In this document: positions 9,901 to 19,441 of the stretch, one piece after another | Numbering within the stretch: the stretch's first letter is position 1 | How the letters are laid out: every line of letters begins with the position of its first letter | Assembly (NCBI GenBank): GCA_903881505.1 | Contig: CAIRTM010000011.1 | Coordinates: 5,612-69,611, forward strand | Source: an uncultured delta proteobacterium | Lineage (GTDB): Bacteria > Desulfobacterota > WTBG01 > CAIYCZ01 > CAIRTM01 | Length of the DNA stretch: 64,000 nucleotides | Direction of reading: 5' to 3' | The notes under the pieces: model-generated | The model's input: the letters and a program-made list of their open reading frames with translations, nothing else | Database searches by the model: none | What the model was told of the DNA's origin: nothing | Program-made: the position numbers and the translations under genes

Positions 9901-10438
9901 GCCCGTGCCGTATGACTGCCAGAACTGATCGGCCTTCGTGTCGACGATCCCCCATGCCAGATCGCCGACTGCCTGCGGCTCCGCGCTGACGGATTCATCG
10001 ATAATCGGGGCGACGATCTCATAGGTCCCCGGCTTTGTCACGGCCGCAACTTCCGCGATGTCTGCCAGTGCCTTTGCCAGAGACGCTGAACCGCCGCGGA
10101 CGTACAGGCTGTTATCGGCAAAAAAGGATACATATTCGACCCCGGCCGAGTCCAGGATCTGCTTCGCATGAGCCTGACTGGCCTGCGCTGTCGCGCGAAG
10201 TGCATCGTAGACAAAACGGCCGCGGGCCTTCCAGTCCATACGATAGGCCGGCCCCAGGTCGGCCTGCTGCGCAAAATGCAGGATAAAATCTTCCTGGCCA
10301 TCGTCCTGAAGTGCCTGGACCAGCTCGGGGTCGATTTTTCCTGATGCATCCTTCGGATTATCCTGAGCCATTGCACTTGCGGCAACCAGCACCATCAGAC
10401 AAACCGCTGCATTCAAAATTTTCCGTCTCATCCCTTTC
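6910..10438 (-). CDS. Secreted multidomain subtilisin-like S8 peptidase (~1176 aa from the MRRKILN start). I9 propeptide, S8 catalytic domain, several beta-sandwich and CarbopepD_reg-like domains, then the shared ~90-aa C-terminal domain.
   Basis: ORF track, with the start corrected to ATG 10438 (AGGAGGAAAGGG RBS, signal peptide MRRKILNAAVCLMVLVAASAMAQ). Motifs DTGVQWNHPAL, HGTHVMGT, GTSMASPH. C-terminus KCRLTVQYK...VPAGLAPQVIPIRVGDCGGEVVID. Confidence 0.9.
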
Positions 10439-10442
10439 CTCC

Positions 10443-10495
10443 TTGACAGTAAAAATTTATACAATACTGTATCCCGGATACTGTATACCGCACAA
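10443..10495 (-). promoter_or_regulatory. Candidate promoter and operator of the S8 peptidase gene
   Basis: On the minus strand, TGTATAAAT (extended -10 type) lies ~25 nt upstream of the ATG. The direct repeats ATACAGTAT-CCGGG-ATACAGTAT (plus-strand ATACTGTAT at 10464..10472 and 10478..10486) sit over the -35 region. Confidence 0.35.
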
Positions 10496-10736
10496 ACCAG
10501 AACCCATGGTTCATGAGGCTTCCCCACGCAATTATTGTGTCTATTCATTGCGTACCATAATCCTCGTTTTTCAAAATAGCAACAAAATTTACAATTATTA
10601 GTTGAAGAAAACCCCATAAAGTACTCCACGCCCCTTACAGGCCTTTTTCCAATGGAACCCCGTCAAAAAAACAGGTCCGCATCAACACAGGGAAGGCGGC
10701 AATCCATGCTCAGGGCGGCCTGCGCAACGTGAGATT

Positions 10737-11597
10737 TCAATCGCTCAAAAGATCGGCGAGAGCATCATCAATCCGCTGATATTGAAACCGAAATCCCGCA
10801 TCCGTAAGGCGCTTCGGCACGGCAATCTGTCCGTCAAGCAGCACGCAGGCGCCCTCGCCGAAGGCCAGCTTCACCGCAAAGGCCGGAACAGGCAGGAACG
10901 CCGGGCGGTTCAGCGCTGCCGCAAGTGCGCGCGTGAGGCCCGCGTTCGTGGTCGGCTGCGGCGCGCACAGGTTGTAGACACCGCCGAATGATGTATCTTC
11001 AATCGCAGCGGAAATCGCCCGCGCAAGGTCGGCAATATGCACCCATGAAACCGGCTGCATACCCGTGCCGATAACACCGCCAAGGCCCAGCCTGAACAGA
11101 GGCAGCATTTTGGCCAGCGCCCCGCCGCCGCGTCCAAGCACCACGCCGAACCTGAACACAGCCGTACGTACACCGGCAGACCGGGCCTCAAGCGCAGCCT
11201 GTTCCCAATCCCACGCGAGACGGCCCAGAAAATCATCCGGGCACTCGCCGTCATCTTCGTTCCAGGGGCCGCCGCTGGGGTATATGCCGACCCCGCTGGC
11301 GGAAATAAATACGGCGGGCCTGCGCTCCAGACCATGCATGGCGGCTGCAATTTTTTGCGTAAGCGGCACACGGCTTTCGTACAGCGCCTTTTTATGGGCT
11401 TTTGTCCAGCGGGCGGCTATCGGTGCGCCCGCCAGATTTACAACAGCGCTGCAGCCTTCAATTTTAGCATGAACAGCCGCAACCCCCTGTACGAAGTCAG
11501 CCCTGAGAAGCGGCACGACCAGCCAGCCTTTTTCCGCAAACACGGCCTTCAGATATGAGCCGACAAATCCCGTTGACCCGCTCATGGCGATCTTCAT
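10737..11597 (-). CDS. TIGR01777 / YfcH-like NAD-dependent epimerase family protein (SDR with a DUF1731 C-terminus)
   Basis: ORF track (10737..11633). The likely start is MKIAMSGSTGFVGSYL (Rossmann GxxGxxG). The C-terminal DUF1731-like tail is LDGQIAVPKRL. Confidence 0.85.
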   Translation of the reverse strand: MKIAMSGSTGFVGSYLKAVFAEKGWLVVPLLRADFVQGVAAVHAKIEGCSAVVNLAGAPIAARWTKAHKKALYESRVPLTQKIAAAMHGLERRPAVFISASGVGIYPSGGPWNEDDGECPDDFLGRLAWDWEQAALEARSAGVRTAVFRFGVVLGRGGGALAKMLPLFRLGLGGVIGTGMQPVSWVHIADLARAISAAIEDTSFGGVYNLCAPQPTTNAGLTRALAAALNRPAFLPVPAFAVKLAFGEGACVLLDGQIAVPKRLTDAGFRFQYQRIDDALADLLSD

Positions 11598-11728
11598 GGT
11601 GCCTCCCGTTAGAATACAGGTCCATTGTATCATCGGAATCGGGATCGCTGCGGCAATCGCATTCGAAATTCTTAAAAAGCCGATTACGACCCCGATACCG
11701 ATAGCGGCAACTCAGACAACGTACATAT

Positions 11729-12574
11729 TCACTGCTGCCAAACCAGCAGCGGCCCGCCTTCAACTCCCCGCACCCTGCCCTGCTCGCGCTCGCGCGGATA
11801 GCCCAGGCAGTGCGACACATAGCGCACCCCCTCGATCAATCGGTCGCGGTTGCGGTGCTGATGACCGTAAACATGCAGGCATGCGTTCAATGACCGTATC
11901 TGTTCATCAAGCTTCCGGCAGCCTGCCACGCGGCTGAAGTTGAAACGCGGCTGCGGATCGAGCGGCGGCAAGCCCGTAGCGGCGAACTCCTGCTCAGTCC
12001 AGAACATCAACTCAGGACGCGGCAGAAAATGGCTGAACGTAATGACCGGGTACTGACGGTCATCTGTAACGTCACAATCGTTGAGCGACAGAAAATACGC
12101 TGCCGGACCGGAATGCCCGTCAAACTGCGGCCAGCGCACAGCGCGCTTGTCCGCCCACATGCCCAGCTCCGGGTCCTCGCCCTGTTTCTCCACAAAAAGG
12201 CTCCCCTCGCCTTCATGCGGCTGCATATACCATGCCTGCAGCGGCACGATCCACGGACCGCCTTCATCCGCACGCTGCGGCCTGGTTTCTATGCCGAGAG
12301 CACGGCAGCGTTCCATCAGGGCGTAAAACTTGGCCAGCGAATCTTCATACCCGCTGTCGCGCAGCCACAGGTCATGGTTGCCGGACACGAAAAAGACAGC
12401 GCGGAAGCGTGGGCGCAGAACTTCCATGGCCCGGCACAGCAGCGGCTCATCGTGGCTGATGTCGCCGGCCACCAGCAGCACATCCCCGGTGTAATCAGAA
12501 CGGGAAAGCGACTCGACCCAGGCGAGATTCTCCGGATAATCAACGTGCAGGTCTGAAAGGGCGAATATGCGCAT
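11729..12574 (-). CDS. Calcineurin-like metallophosphoesterase
   Basis: ORF track (11729..12613). The likely start is MRIFALSDLHVDY (DxH motif). GDISHDE and GNHD motifs are present. Confidence 0.8.
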   Translation of the reverse strand: MRIFALSDLHVDYPENLAWVESLSRSDYTGDVLLVAGDISHDEPLLCRAMEVLRPRFRAVFFVSGNHDLWLRDSGYEDSLAKFYALMERCRALGIETRPQRADEGGPWIVPLQAWYMQPHEGEGSLFVEKQGEDPELGMWADKRAVRWPQFDGHSGPAAYFLSLNDCDVTDDRQYPVITFSHFLPRPELMFWTEQEFAATGLPPLDPQPRFNFSRVAGCRKLDEQIRSLNACLHVYGHQHRNRDRLIEGVRYVSHCLGYPREREQGRVRGVEGGPLLVWQQ

Positions 12575-12695
12575 GGCGGAAAAGTTCCAAAGTGCAGCGT
12601 ACAAAGTGCACATTATCGCTACCGGTATCGAACATCTGCCAGACGGGCAACATAACGATTGCTATCCCGATAGCGATGTATGTAGTGCAGATATT

Positions 12696-13349
12696 CTATA
12701 CGTTCAGCCTGCCGCGCAGATTTCGCAGCGGGCAGGCCTCACAGCGCGGTTTCGGACTGCAGTACACGTTGCCCAGCTTAACCAGCTGCGCGTGAAAATC
12801 ATTATAGAACGCCACGTCAGGCGGCAGGTGTTTCATGAACAAACCCTGAAAATCGTCATAGCCGTGCTGCATGCTCAAAATCCCGTGGCGGCTCAAAATT
12901 CGTTTTGTGTAGGCATCGACAACAAACACGGGCTTGCCCAGGGCATACAGCAGGATGCAGTCGGCTGTTTCTGGCCCGATACGGTACACGCCGAGCAGTT
13001 CATCGCGAAGTTCCAGGGTATCGCGCCTGCGCATGCGCTCGAGGCTGTAATGATAACGGGAGCCGAAATACCCGGCAAATGCCTTCAGCGCGCGGGCTTT
13101 CTGATTGAAATACCGGGCAGGCCGCACGAGGCGGGCCAGCTCCTGCTGATCGGCGGCGTCGATGCGGCGGAAACTCAACAAATGCGCATCCTTGAGCGCC
13201 TGCAGGGCCTGCACAACATTGGACCAGGCCGCGTTCTGCGTAAGGATCGCTCCGAAAATGACCTCTTCCGGCGTATCGGCAGGCCACCAGGCGCGCGGCC
13301 CGAACGCCGCATGGAGCTTTGCATAGATCCCAAGCAGCCTGCGCTTCAT
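12696..13349 (-). CDS. Endonuclease III-like HhH-GPD DNA glycosylase family protein
   Basis: The HhH-GPD signature LGKPVFVVDAYTKRILSRHGI, plus a C-terminal Cys cluster CSPKPRCEAC (a partial FeS loop). Confidence 0.75.
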   Translation of the reverse strand: MKRRLLGIYAKLHAAFGPRAWWPADTPEEVIFGAILTQNAAWSNVVQALQALKDAHLLSFRRIDAADQQELARLVRPARYFNQKARALKAFAGYFGSRYHYSLERMRRRDTLELRDELLGVYRIGPETADCILLYALGKPVFVVDAYTKRILSRHGILSMQHGYDDFQGLFMKHLPPDVAFYNDFHAQLVKLGNVYCSPKPRCEACPLRNLRGRLNV

Positions 13350-14770
13350 ATATTCGTCGTGCAGGCTTCGGCTGCCGGCGCATCAAAAATGCGGCCTGCG
13401 GCCCGGGCAAGCTCGGCATCGTGCTTATGATCAAGGGCGAAGACCCGGAACTGTACAACGCGCGCCGGAATGTAGCGGAAAATATCCTTCAGGGGCTCGG
13501 GAGAAATCGAATCGGTTGACGGGTTGTAGATGTTGATGCGCTTGTTGCTCTGGGCCATGGGGTTCAAAGGACGCGGGTCCTGGGCGGCCAGATCGACCCT
13601 GAACGGCTTTGAACGCACGGACCGCGGCAGCTGATCACGGATCGCCTCTTCGAGCTGCTCAGGCTTCGGAAAACTCAGCATGCCGCGTTCGACCCGGTCA
13701 ATGGCAAGCTCGGTCGCGTAGGCCATCTTCCATTTCACCTTCCGGCCGATAATATGGTCCCATTCGCGGCCCAGCGCTTTGAGCTCGGCATCATCGCTCT
13801 GCGTCCAGCGCTCGACGTCCTGCAGCAGAGACCAGTCGTTCAAATGCAGGTAGCGGCTAAGCGAGCGCTCCGGGTTCCAGGGGAAAAGCCGCTGCAGGGT
13901 GCGGGTGAATATCTCCTGCATATGAAAATCGATCGCGCGGCCGGTGCGGTGATGGTACACGTTTGAATACAGGTTCAGCCGCGCATTCAGAAAACGAGTA
14001 AACGCGGAAACGCCGGCCTGGTGCAGGGTAAGCCCCTTGTCAGAGAAAAAAGAATAGAACAGCAGCCGGTTGATGTCGACGATGTCGATCGAAAAACCGG
14101 TCATGTAGGCGTCGCGCTGCACGTAGTCGAGATTGTCGACCGTGTAGATGCCGGAGAAGAGCTGCTGCATGAAGCGCAGCCAGCGCGGCCTGCGCTCATC
14201 GGAGAGCTCAGGCGGCTTTTTGATCAGGTAGCCGATGTCCTCGGCGCTGATGCTCTCGCCGCTCTCAAAAGGCCCGCTCGGGCTGCGCCTGATGCCGCTG
14301 ATCAGGGAGCCGAGCCTGTGCACGATGATATCGCGCCCGAGCAGCTCATGGGTCAGCCCGTAGCCGGCAAGGAAATGATCGTCGAAGAAATGGCCGTAGG
14401 GGCCGTGCCCGATATCATGCAAAAGGCCGGCGATGCGGAACGTCTCTTCAAAACAGGCAGGCGAAGGCGCGTCGGCGCACAGTTTCTTCAGCCCCGGATA
14501 CAGGTGCCGCGCGAAACGGCCGGCCATATGCATGGTCCCGAGCGAATGCTGAAAGCGGCTGTGTTCGGCCGACGGATACACCCAGCGGGCGCTCTGCAGC
14601 TGATGGATGCGGCGCAGGCGCTGCATCCAGGCCGTGTCGATCAGGTCCTCCTCGGCGACCTCATCGGGCGCGTCGGCGTCGCGCACGGTGAAGGCTATAT
14701 ACTCATAGATCGGATCGGCAATCAGGGCAAGGCCCTTTGACGGAAACGCGGTCGGCATGCTCATGCACAA
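13346..14770 (-). CDS. HD-domain deoxynucleoside triphosphate triphosphohydrolase-like protein (dGTPase / SAMHD1 family)
   Basis: HD motifs HSLGTMHMAGRF and LLHDIGHGPYGHFFD. Length 474 aa. Confidence 0.8.
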   Translation of the reverse strand: MCMSMPTAFPSKGLALIADPIYEYIAFTVRDADAPDEVAEEDLIDTAWMQRLRRIHQLQSARWVYPSAEHSRFQHSLGTMHMAGRFARHLYPGLKKLCADAPSPACFEETFRIAGLLHDIGHGPYGHFFDDHFLAGYGLTHELLGRDIIVHRLGSLISGIRRSPSGPFESGESISAEDIGYLIKKPPELSDERRPRWLRFMQQLFSGIYTVDNLDYVQRDAYMTGFSIDIVDINRLLFYSFFSDKGLTLHQAGVSAFTRFLNARLNLYSNVYHHRTGRAIDFHMQEIFTRTLQRLFPWNPERSLSRYLHLNDWSLLQDVERWTQSDDAELKALGREWDHIIGRKVKWKMAYATELAIDRVERGMLSFPKPEQLEEAIRDQLPRSVRSKPFRVDLAAQDPRPLNPMAQSNKRINIYNPSTDSISPEPLKDIFRYIPARVVQFRVFALDHKHDAELARAAGRIFDAPAAEACTTNI

Positions 14771-14792
14771 TCCCCCGTATATCGTGTGCCGC

Positions 14793-15005
14793 TTAAAGGG
14801 CCCGCGAGCGTTTCAAAACCCCAAGCCGGTTTTCCATGCGCCCGTGCAGCTGCTGCACTTCCTGCAGCAGGGCGGTCAGGCTTTCAGGCTTTTTGCGCAG
14901 CAGCTTTTCAACTTCGTCCTTCCAGAAGACAAGCGTGTCAATTTCGCGCTGGCCGAGCTGCTGCTCGACCTTTTTCTGCATCTGGTCCAAAAAAGCCTTA
15001 TCCAT
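14793..15005 (-). CDS. Small hypothetical protein (70 aa, predicted helical/coiled coil)
   Basis: ORF on the same strand, in the gap between two genes. MDKAFLDQMQKKVEQQLGQREIDTL... No known domain. Confidence 0.4.
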   Translation of the reverse strand: MDKAFLDQMQKKVEQQLGQREIDTLVFWKDEVEKLLRKKPESLTALLQEVQQLHGRMENRLGVLKRSRAL

Positions 15006-15035
15006 GGGCGTCTCCCTGTGCGGGGTCCGGGGCGT

Positions 15036-15521
15036 TCAGCGCTTGTAGCCGATAATATCGGTCAAAAGCCTGGCGCGTTCCTGTTTGTCCTTGCCGGTTT
15101 CAACTCCTTTCGGGGCATCGCCGTCAATCACCCCGAGCACACCCGCGCCCCTGTCGCTGCGTGCGACAACGGCATCAAGCGGGTTGGCCGTGGCGCAGAA
15201 AATCCGGCAGACCTCCTGGCACTGCTTTATGCGGTCAAGCACGTTGATGGGATAGGCGCCCAGCATCAGCACATTGAACACATGGCCCGCGCCCAGTGCC
15301 CGGCAGTTCTCGGTCGCGGCCGCGACCAGCGCCTCGTCATTGCCGTCGGAGCGGATCAGGCAGGGTCCGGATGCCTCGTTAAAGGCAATGCCGAACTTCA
15401 CGCCCGGCACGGCCGTGACCATGATTTCATAGAGATCTTCGACGGTTTTAATGAAATGCGACTGGCCGACAATGATGTTCGCGCCTTCGGGAATTGTCAA
15501 TCGAACGGTTTGTATCTCCAT
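15036..15521 (-). CDS. Adenosine-specific kinase family protein (PF04008/COG1839-like)
   Basis: 161 aa. The conserved blocks FGIAFNEASGPCLIRSDGNDE and RIFCATANPLDAV are recalled from this family. Confidence 0.55.
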   Translation of the reverse strand: MEIQTVRLTIPEGANIIVGQSHFIKTVEDLYEIMVTAVPGVKFGIAFNEASGPCLIRSDGNDEALVAAATENCRALGAGHVFNVLMLGAYPINVLDRIKQCQEVCRIFCATANPLDAVVARSDRGAGVLGVIDGDAPKGVETGKDKQERARLLTDIIGYKR

Positions 15522-15760
15522 GGGCTGTTTTTTCCTCCTGCTGCAATACTGTGTACGAAGGGCCTTCTGCGCGGTATCATATCAAAAACAATGATATTAG
15601 CAAGGCGCTTGTGCCCCGAAACGCAGCACGGGCGGCAGCGCCTGCTGATAGCATTTGCATCATGCCACCCGCAACGATATAATGCGTACCTGCGCCCGGC
15701 GCGGCAGCGTCATGTGCGGACAACACTGACTGGACAGCATATACCATAACCGGCATTCGC

Positions 15761-16372
15761 ATGGCAGCCTCCCCTGACATCACGACCATCATGTTTGACC
15801 TCGGTCAGGTCATCGTCACCTTTGACCACATGGACCTGTGCCGCCGCGCCTCCGCCTACAGCCCGCATGCGCCCGAGGAGCTTTTCGCGCGCATGTTCTC
15901 AAGCGGCCTCGTCCAGCGCTTTGAAACCGGATTGCTGGAGGCCGATGCGTTCTATTGCGAAGCCTGCAGACTTCTCGACCTCACGGTAAGCCTTGACCAG
16001 TTTAAAACACTCTGGATGACGATTTTCACCCTGAACGCGCCCACCGCAGCCATTATAGAACGCCTGCGGGGCTACAGGCTGCTGCTGCTGTCAAACACAA
16101 ACTGCTGGCATTTCGCATACTGCCTTGAGAGCTATCCCGTACTCAGGCGCTTTGATGCATGGATACTGTCCTATGAAGTGGGCGCCTGCAAGCCTGACCG
16201 GGCGATATTTCAGGCGGCCCTTGACCGGGCAGCGGCCCGGCCGCAGCAATGTGTCTACATAGATGACATCGAACAGTACACGGAGGCGGCCCGCGGCCTG
16301 GGCATACACGCGCACACCTTTACCGACGCCGGGCGGCTCGAGCAGTATTTCAAAACACTGCATATCCTATGA
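15761..16372 (+). CDS. HAD-superfamily hydrolase (subfamily IA)
   Basis: N-terminal IMFDLGQVIV (motif I) and C-terminal VYIDDIEQYTEAARGLGIH (motif IV). Confidence 0.8.
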   Translation: MAASPDITTIMFDLGQVIVTFDHMDLCRRASAYSPHAPEELFARMFSSGLVQRFETGLLEADAFYCEACRLLDLTVSLDQFKTLWMTIFTLNAPTAAIIERLRGYRLLLLSNTNCWHFAYCLESYPVLRRFDAWILSYEVGACKPDRAIFQAALDRAAARPQQCVYIDDIEQYTEAARGLGIHAHTFTDAGRLEQYFKTLHIL

Positions 16373-16478
16373 GCCCGGCCGTTTTTTTAATTTGCGGGCC
16401 GGCATTGTTCTATAGTAGTGTTGAGCGCTGAAATCAATTGCGACATAACACCGTATCCGCAGCAAGGAGATACCCGGC

Positions 16479-17396
16479 ATGGAAAACGTCGTCATCATCG
16501 GCTCCGGCCCGGCAGGCTTGACCGCGGCCATCTATACCGCCCGCGCCCAGCTCAATCCGCTCGTCATCGACGGCCTGCAGCCCGGCGGCCAGCTCACCAC
16601 CACGACCGAGGTGGAGAACTTCCCCGGTTTCGAAAACGGCATTGACGGCCCCGTGCTGATGGAAACCATGAAAAAACAGGCCGCCCGGTTCGGCACGCGT
16701 TTCATCTCGACGCAGGTCAACGCAGCCGATCTCACGGCTCGGCCGATCCGGATCCGGACCGGAGAAGATACCCTTGAAACCCGCTCAGTGATTATCGCGA
16801 CCGGCGCCTCGCCGCGCCTGCTCGGCCTTGAATCCGAAAAGCTGCTGATGGGCCGGGGCGTGTCGGCCTGCGCGACCTGCGACGGTTTTTTCTTCAGGGG
16901 CAAGCACGTTCTGGTCGTGGGCGGCGGCGACACGGCCCTGGAAGAAGCGCTGTACCTGAGCGGCCTTGCGGCGCGCGTCACCGTCGTTCACAGGCGGGAT
17001 GAACTGCGGGCTGAAAAAATCATGCAGGAAAGGGCGTTCGCGCGCGACAACATCGAGTTCATGTGGGACTCGGTCATTGAGGACATTCTTGACGTCAGCC
17101 GGAAGACCGTGACCGGCGCCCTGATTAAAAACGTCAAAAGCGGCCAGATAACAAGATACGACTGCGACGGCATTTTCATGGCCCTCGGCCATATACCCAA
17201 TACCGCCCTGTTCGCCGGCCAGATTACCTGCGACGCGCAGGGTTTCATCAAAACCGCCAGAGGAACAGCGACTTCCGTGCCGGGCGTGTTTGCCGCCGGC
17301 GACGTGGCCGATCCCGTGTACAAGCAGGCGGTCACCGCGGCCGGCACCGGCTGCATGGCTGCGCTCGACGTGGAGCATTACCTGCAGGGAGCATAA
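16479..17396 (+). CDS. trxB: Thioredoxin-disulfide reductase
   Basis: Redox-active CATCDG motif, FAD/NAD GxGxxG motifs, 305 aa. Confidence 0.9.
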   Translation: MENVVIIGSGPAGLTAAIYTARAQLNPLVIDGLQPGGQLTTTTEVENFPGFENGIDGPVLMETMKKQAARFGTRFISTQVNAADLTARPIRIRTGEDTLETRSVIIATGASPRLLGLESEKLLMGRGVSACATCDGFFFRGKHVLVVGGGDTALEEALYLSGLAARVTVVHRRDELRAEKIMQERAFARDNIEFMWDSVIEDILDVSRKTVTGALIKNVKSGQITRYDCDGIFMALGHIPNTALFAGQITCDAQGFIKTARGTATSVPGVFAAGDVADPVYKQAVTAAGTGCMAALDVEHYLQGA

Positions 17397-17439
17397 CCGT
17401 ACGCTGAGCGCCGAACCCGCCAAGAGTTCATAGTCTGCC

Positions 17440-19413
17440 ATGACCCGGATCGACACACATCTGGCCGCCCAGAAACAAGCCGTGTTCGCCATTGTCGGCA
17501 ACATGAATGTCGGCAAGACCTGCCTGTTCAAGGCCCTGTGCGGCTCCAGCACCCACAGCATCAACATGCCCGGCTCAACCGTCAGTGTCGAGTCGGGCGC
17601 CGTACGCGGCACCGGGATCCGCATTCTGGATACTCCCGGCATTTATTCCATTTTCTCATCCAACGAGGAAGAGCGCGTCTGCCGCGACATCCTGCTGCCC
17701 GGCCGCGGCGAAGGCCCGGTTACCGGCATTATCCTTGTGGCTGACGCGAAAAACATGCGGCGGTCAATCGCCATTGCCCTGCAGTACGCCGAATACGGCC
17801 TGCCCATGCTGATGGTCGTAAACATGATTGACGAGGCCTCCTCGCGCGGCATCACGATCGATACAGCACGGCTGTCAGGCCTGATCGGCATTGACGTGTG
17901 CACCACGATCGCGCGCGAAGGCATCGGTGTGCGGTCAGTGGCCGCCGCGCTTGGCCGCATGCGGACTCCGGCACAATCCGTCACCTTCCCCGCCCCGGTG
18001 GAGAATTTTCTGCAGGATATGCAAAAACTGCTGGTCGGCGGGGCATGCTACCCCCGCGCGCTGGGGCTGCTGCTGCTCGACCGGGACCGTACCGCCCGTG
18101 ACTGCATCGAGCGCACCTTCGGGCCCGGAATGCTGGAGCGGCTTGCGACACTGGGCTTATCCTGCTGCCCGGAAGGACGCATACCTTTTCATATCGGCAT
18201 CACGAGCCTGTACAACCGTCAGGCCGAGCGTATCGCCGGCGAGGTTGTGCGCATTGAACCGGCGGCCAGGAGCAGCATGATCCAAAGGCTGGGTTCCATG
18301 TGCACCAGTCCGGCAACAGGCATCCCCATCGCATTCATCGTGCTTGCGCTTGTCTACCTGTTCGTCGGCTCGTTCGGCGCCACCTATTTGGTCGACACCA
18401 TCGATATCCAGCTCTTTGAAAACCGGCTGATACCGCTGTGCGAAAAACTTGTCGCGCCGATTCCATCGGCGTTCGTGCGCGACATGATCGTCGATCCGGA
18501 CTTTGGGCTTCTGCCCACAGGCGTGTTCCTGGCCCTTGGACTGGTGCTGCCGGTGCTCTTGTGCTTCTATATCGCCTTCGGTTTTCTCGAAGACTCAGGA
18601 TACCTGCCCCGGCTTTCGCTGCTGCTTGATAAAATCTTCAAAAAAATGGGTCTGAACGGCAAGGGAGTCATACCGCTGGTCATGGGATTTTCCTGCGTTA
18701 CCATGGCCATTCTCACCACCCGCATGCTCGACACGAAAAAAGAACGCAATATCGCCACACTGCTCCTGCTGCTGAGCAGCCCCTGTGCGCCCCTGCTTGC
18801 GGTCATGCTGATCATCCTGGACCGGATGCCGGTTTCGGCCACGCTGACTGTTTTCGGCATCATATTCGTGCAGACGTTCGCGGTCGGCTGGCTGCTGAAC
18901 AGAATGCTGCCGGGCCGCCCGGCGGGCCTGCTCATGGAAATACCCCCGCTTAGAATCCCCAGGGCCCTGCCGCTGCTGAAAATGGCCATTCTCAAGACGT
19001 TCCATTTCATGAAAGAAGCGATCCCGGTCTTCATGCTGGCCGCGCTGGTCGTGTTCCTGTTCGAACGCGCGGGAGGGCTTGCCAGGCTCGAAATGCTGGC
19101 AGGTCCGCTGGTGCACGACATTTTAGGGCTTCCGGAAAAAAGCGTGCAGGTATTCATCAAGACCATTATACGGCGTGAAAGCGGCGCGGCAGAGCTGATG
19201 CATCTGAAAGATGCCTACACGAACCAGCAGCTCGTCATCAACCTGCTGGTGATGACGTTTCTGCTTCCCTGCCTCAACTCGGCGATCGTCGTCGTCAAGG
19301 AACGGGGCGCCGCAACCGCTGCTGTGATGCTGTCGGGGGTCATGATCTATTCCATGGCGCTGGGCAGCGTCCTGCATTTCCTGTTTATCTGGCTGGGCAT
19401 CACGTTCAGCTGA
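17440..19413 (+). CDS. feoB: Ferrous iron transporter FeoB
   Basis: N-terminal G-domain (GNMNVGKT, DTPG), then a polytopic membrane domain. 657 aa. Confidence 0.9.
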   Translation: MTRIDTHLAAQKQAVFAIVGNMNVGKTCLFKALCGSSTHSINMPGSTVSVESGAVRGTGIRILDTPGIYSIFSSNEEERVCRDILLPGRGEGPVTGIILVADAKNMRRSIAIALQYAEYGLPMLMVVNMIDEASSRGITIDTARLSGLIGIDVCTTIAREGIGVRSVAAALGRMRTPAQSVTFPAPVENFLQDMQKLLVGGACYPRALGLLLLDRDRTARDCIERTFGPGMLERLATLGLSCCPEGRIPFHIGITSLYNRQAERIAGEVVRIEPAARSSMIQRLGSMCTSPATGIPIAFIVLALVYLFVGSFGATYLVDTIDIQLFENRLIPLCEKLVAPIPSAFVRDMIVDPDFGLLPTGVFLALGLVLPVLLCFYIAFGFLEDSGYLPRLSLLLDKIFKKMGLNGKGVIPLVMGFSCVTMAILTTRMLDTKKERNIATLLLLLSSPCAPLLAVMLIILDRMPVSATLTVFGIIFVQTFAVGWLLNRMLPGRPAGLLMEIPPLRIPRALPLLKMAILKTFHFMKEAIPVFMLAALVVFLFERAGGLARLEMLAGPLVHDILGLPEKSVQVFIKTIIRRESGAAELMHLKDAYTNQQLVINLLVMTFLLPCLNSAIVVVKERGAATAAVMLSGVMIYSMALGSVLHFLFIWLGITFS

Positions 19414-19441
19414 GCTGCCGATAGTATCGGGGGAGGCCGAT

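Noticed and set aside
10443-10465. Plus-strand TTGACA...TACAAT as a promoter
   Set aside because: The spacing is only ~11 bp, and it would point antisense into the epimerase 3-prime end. The minus-strand extended -10 fits the protease gene better.
13346-14770. An HD dNTPase acting as a dedicated defence dGTPase
   Set aside because: It is embedded in a housekeeping operon with normal composition and no defence-island context. It stays annotated as a dNTP triphosphohydrolase-like protein.
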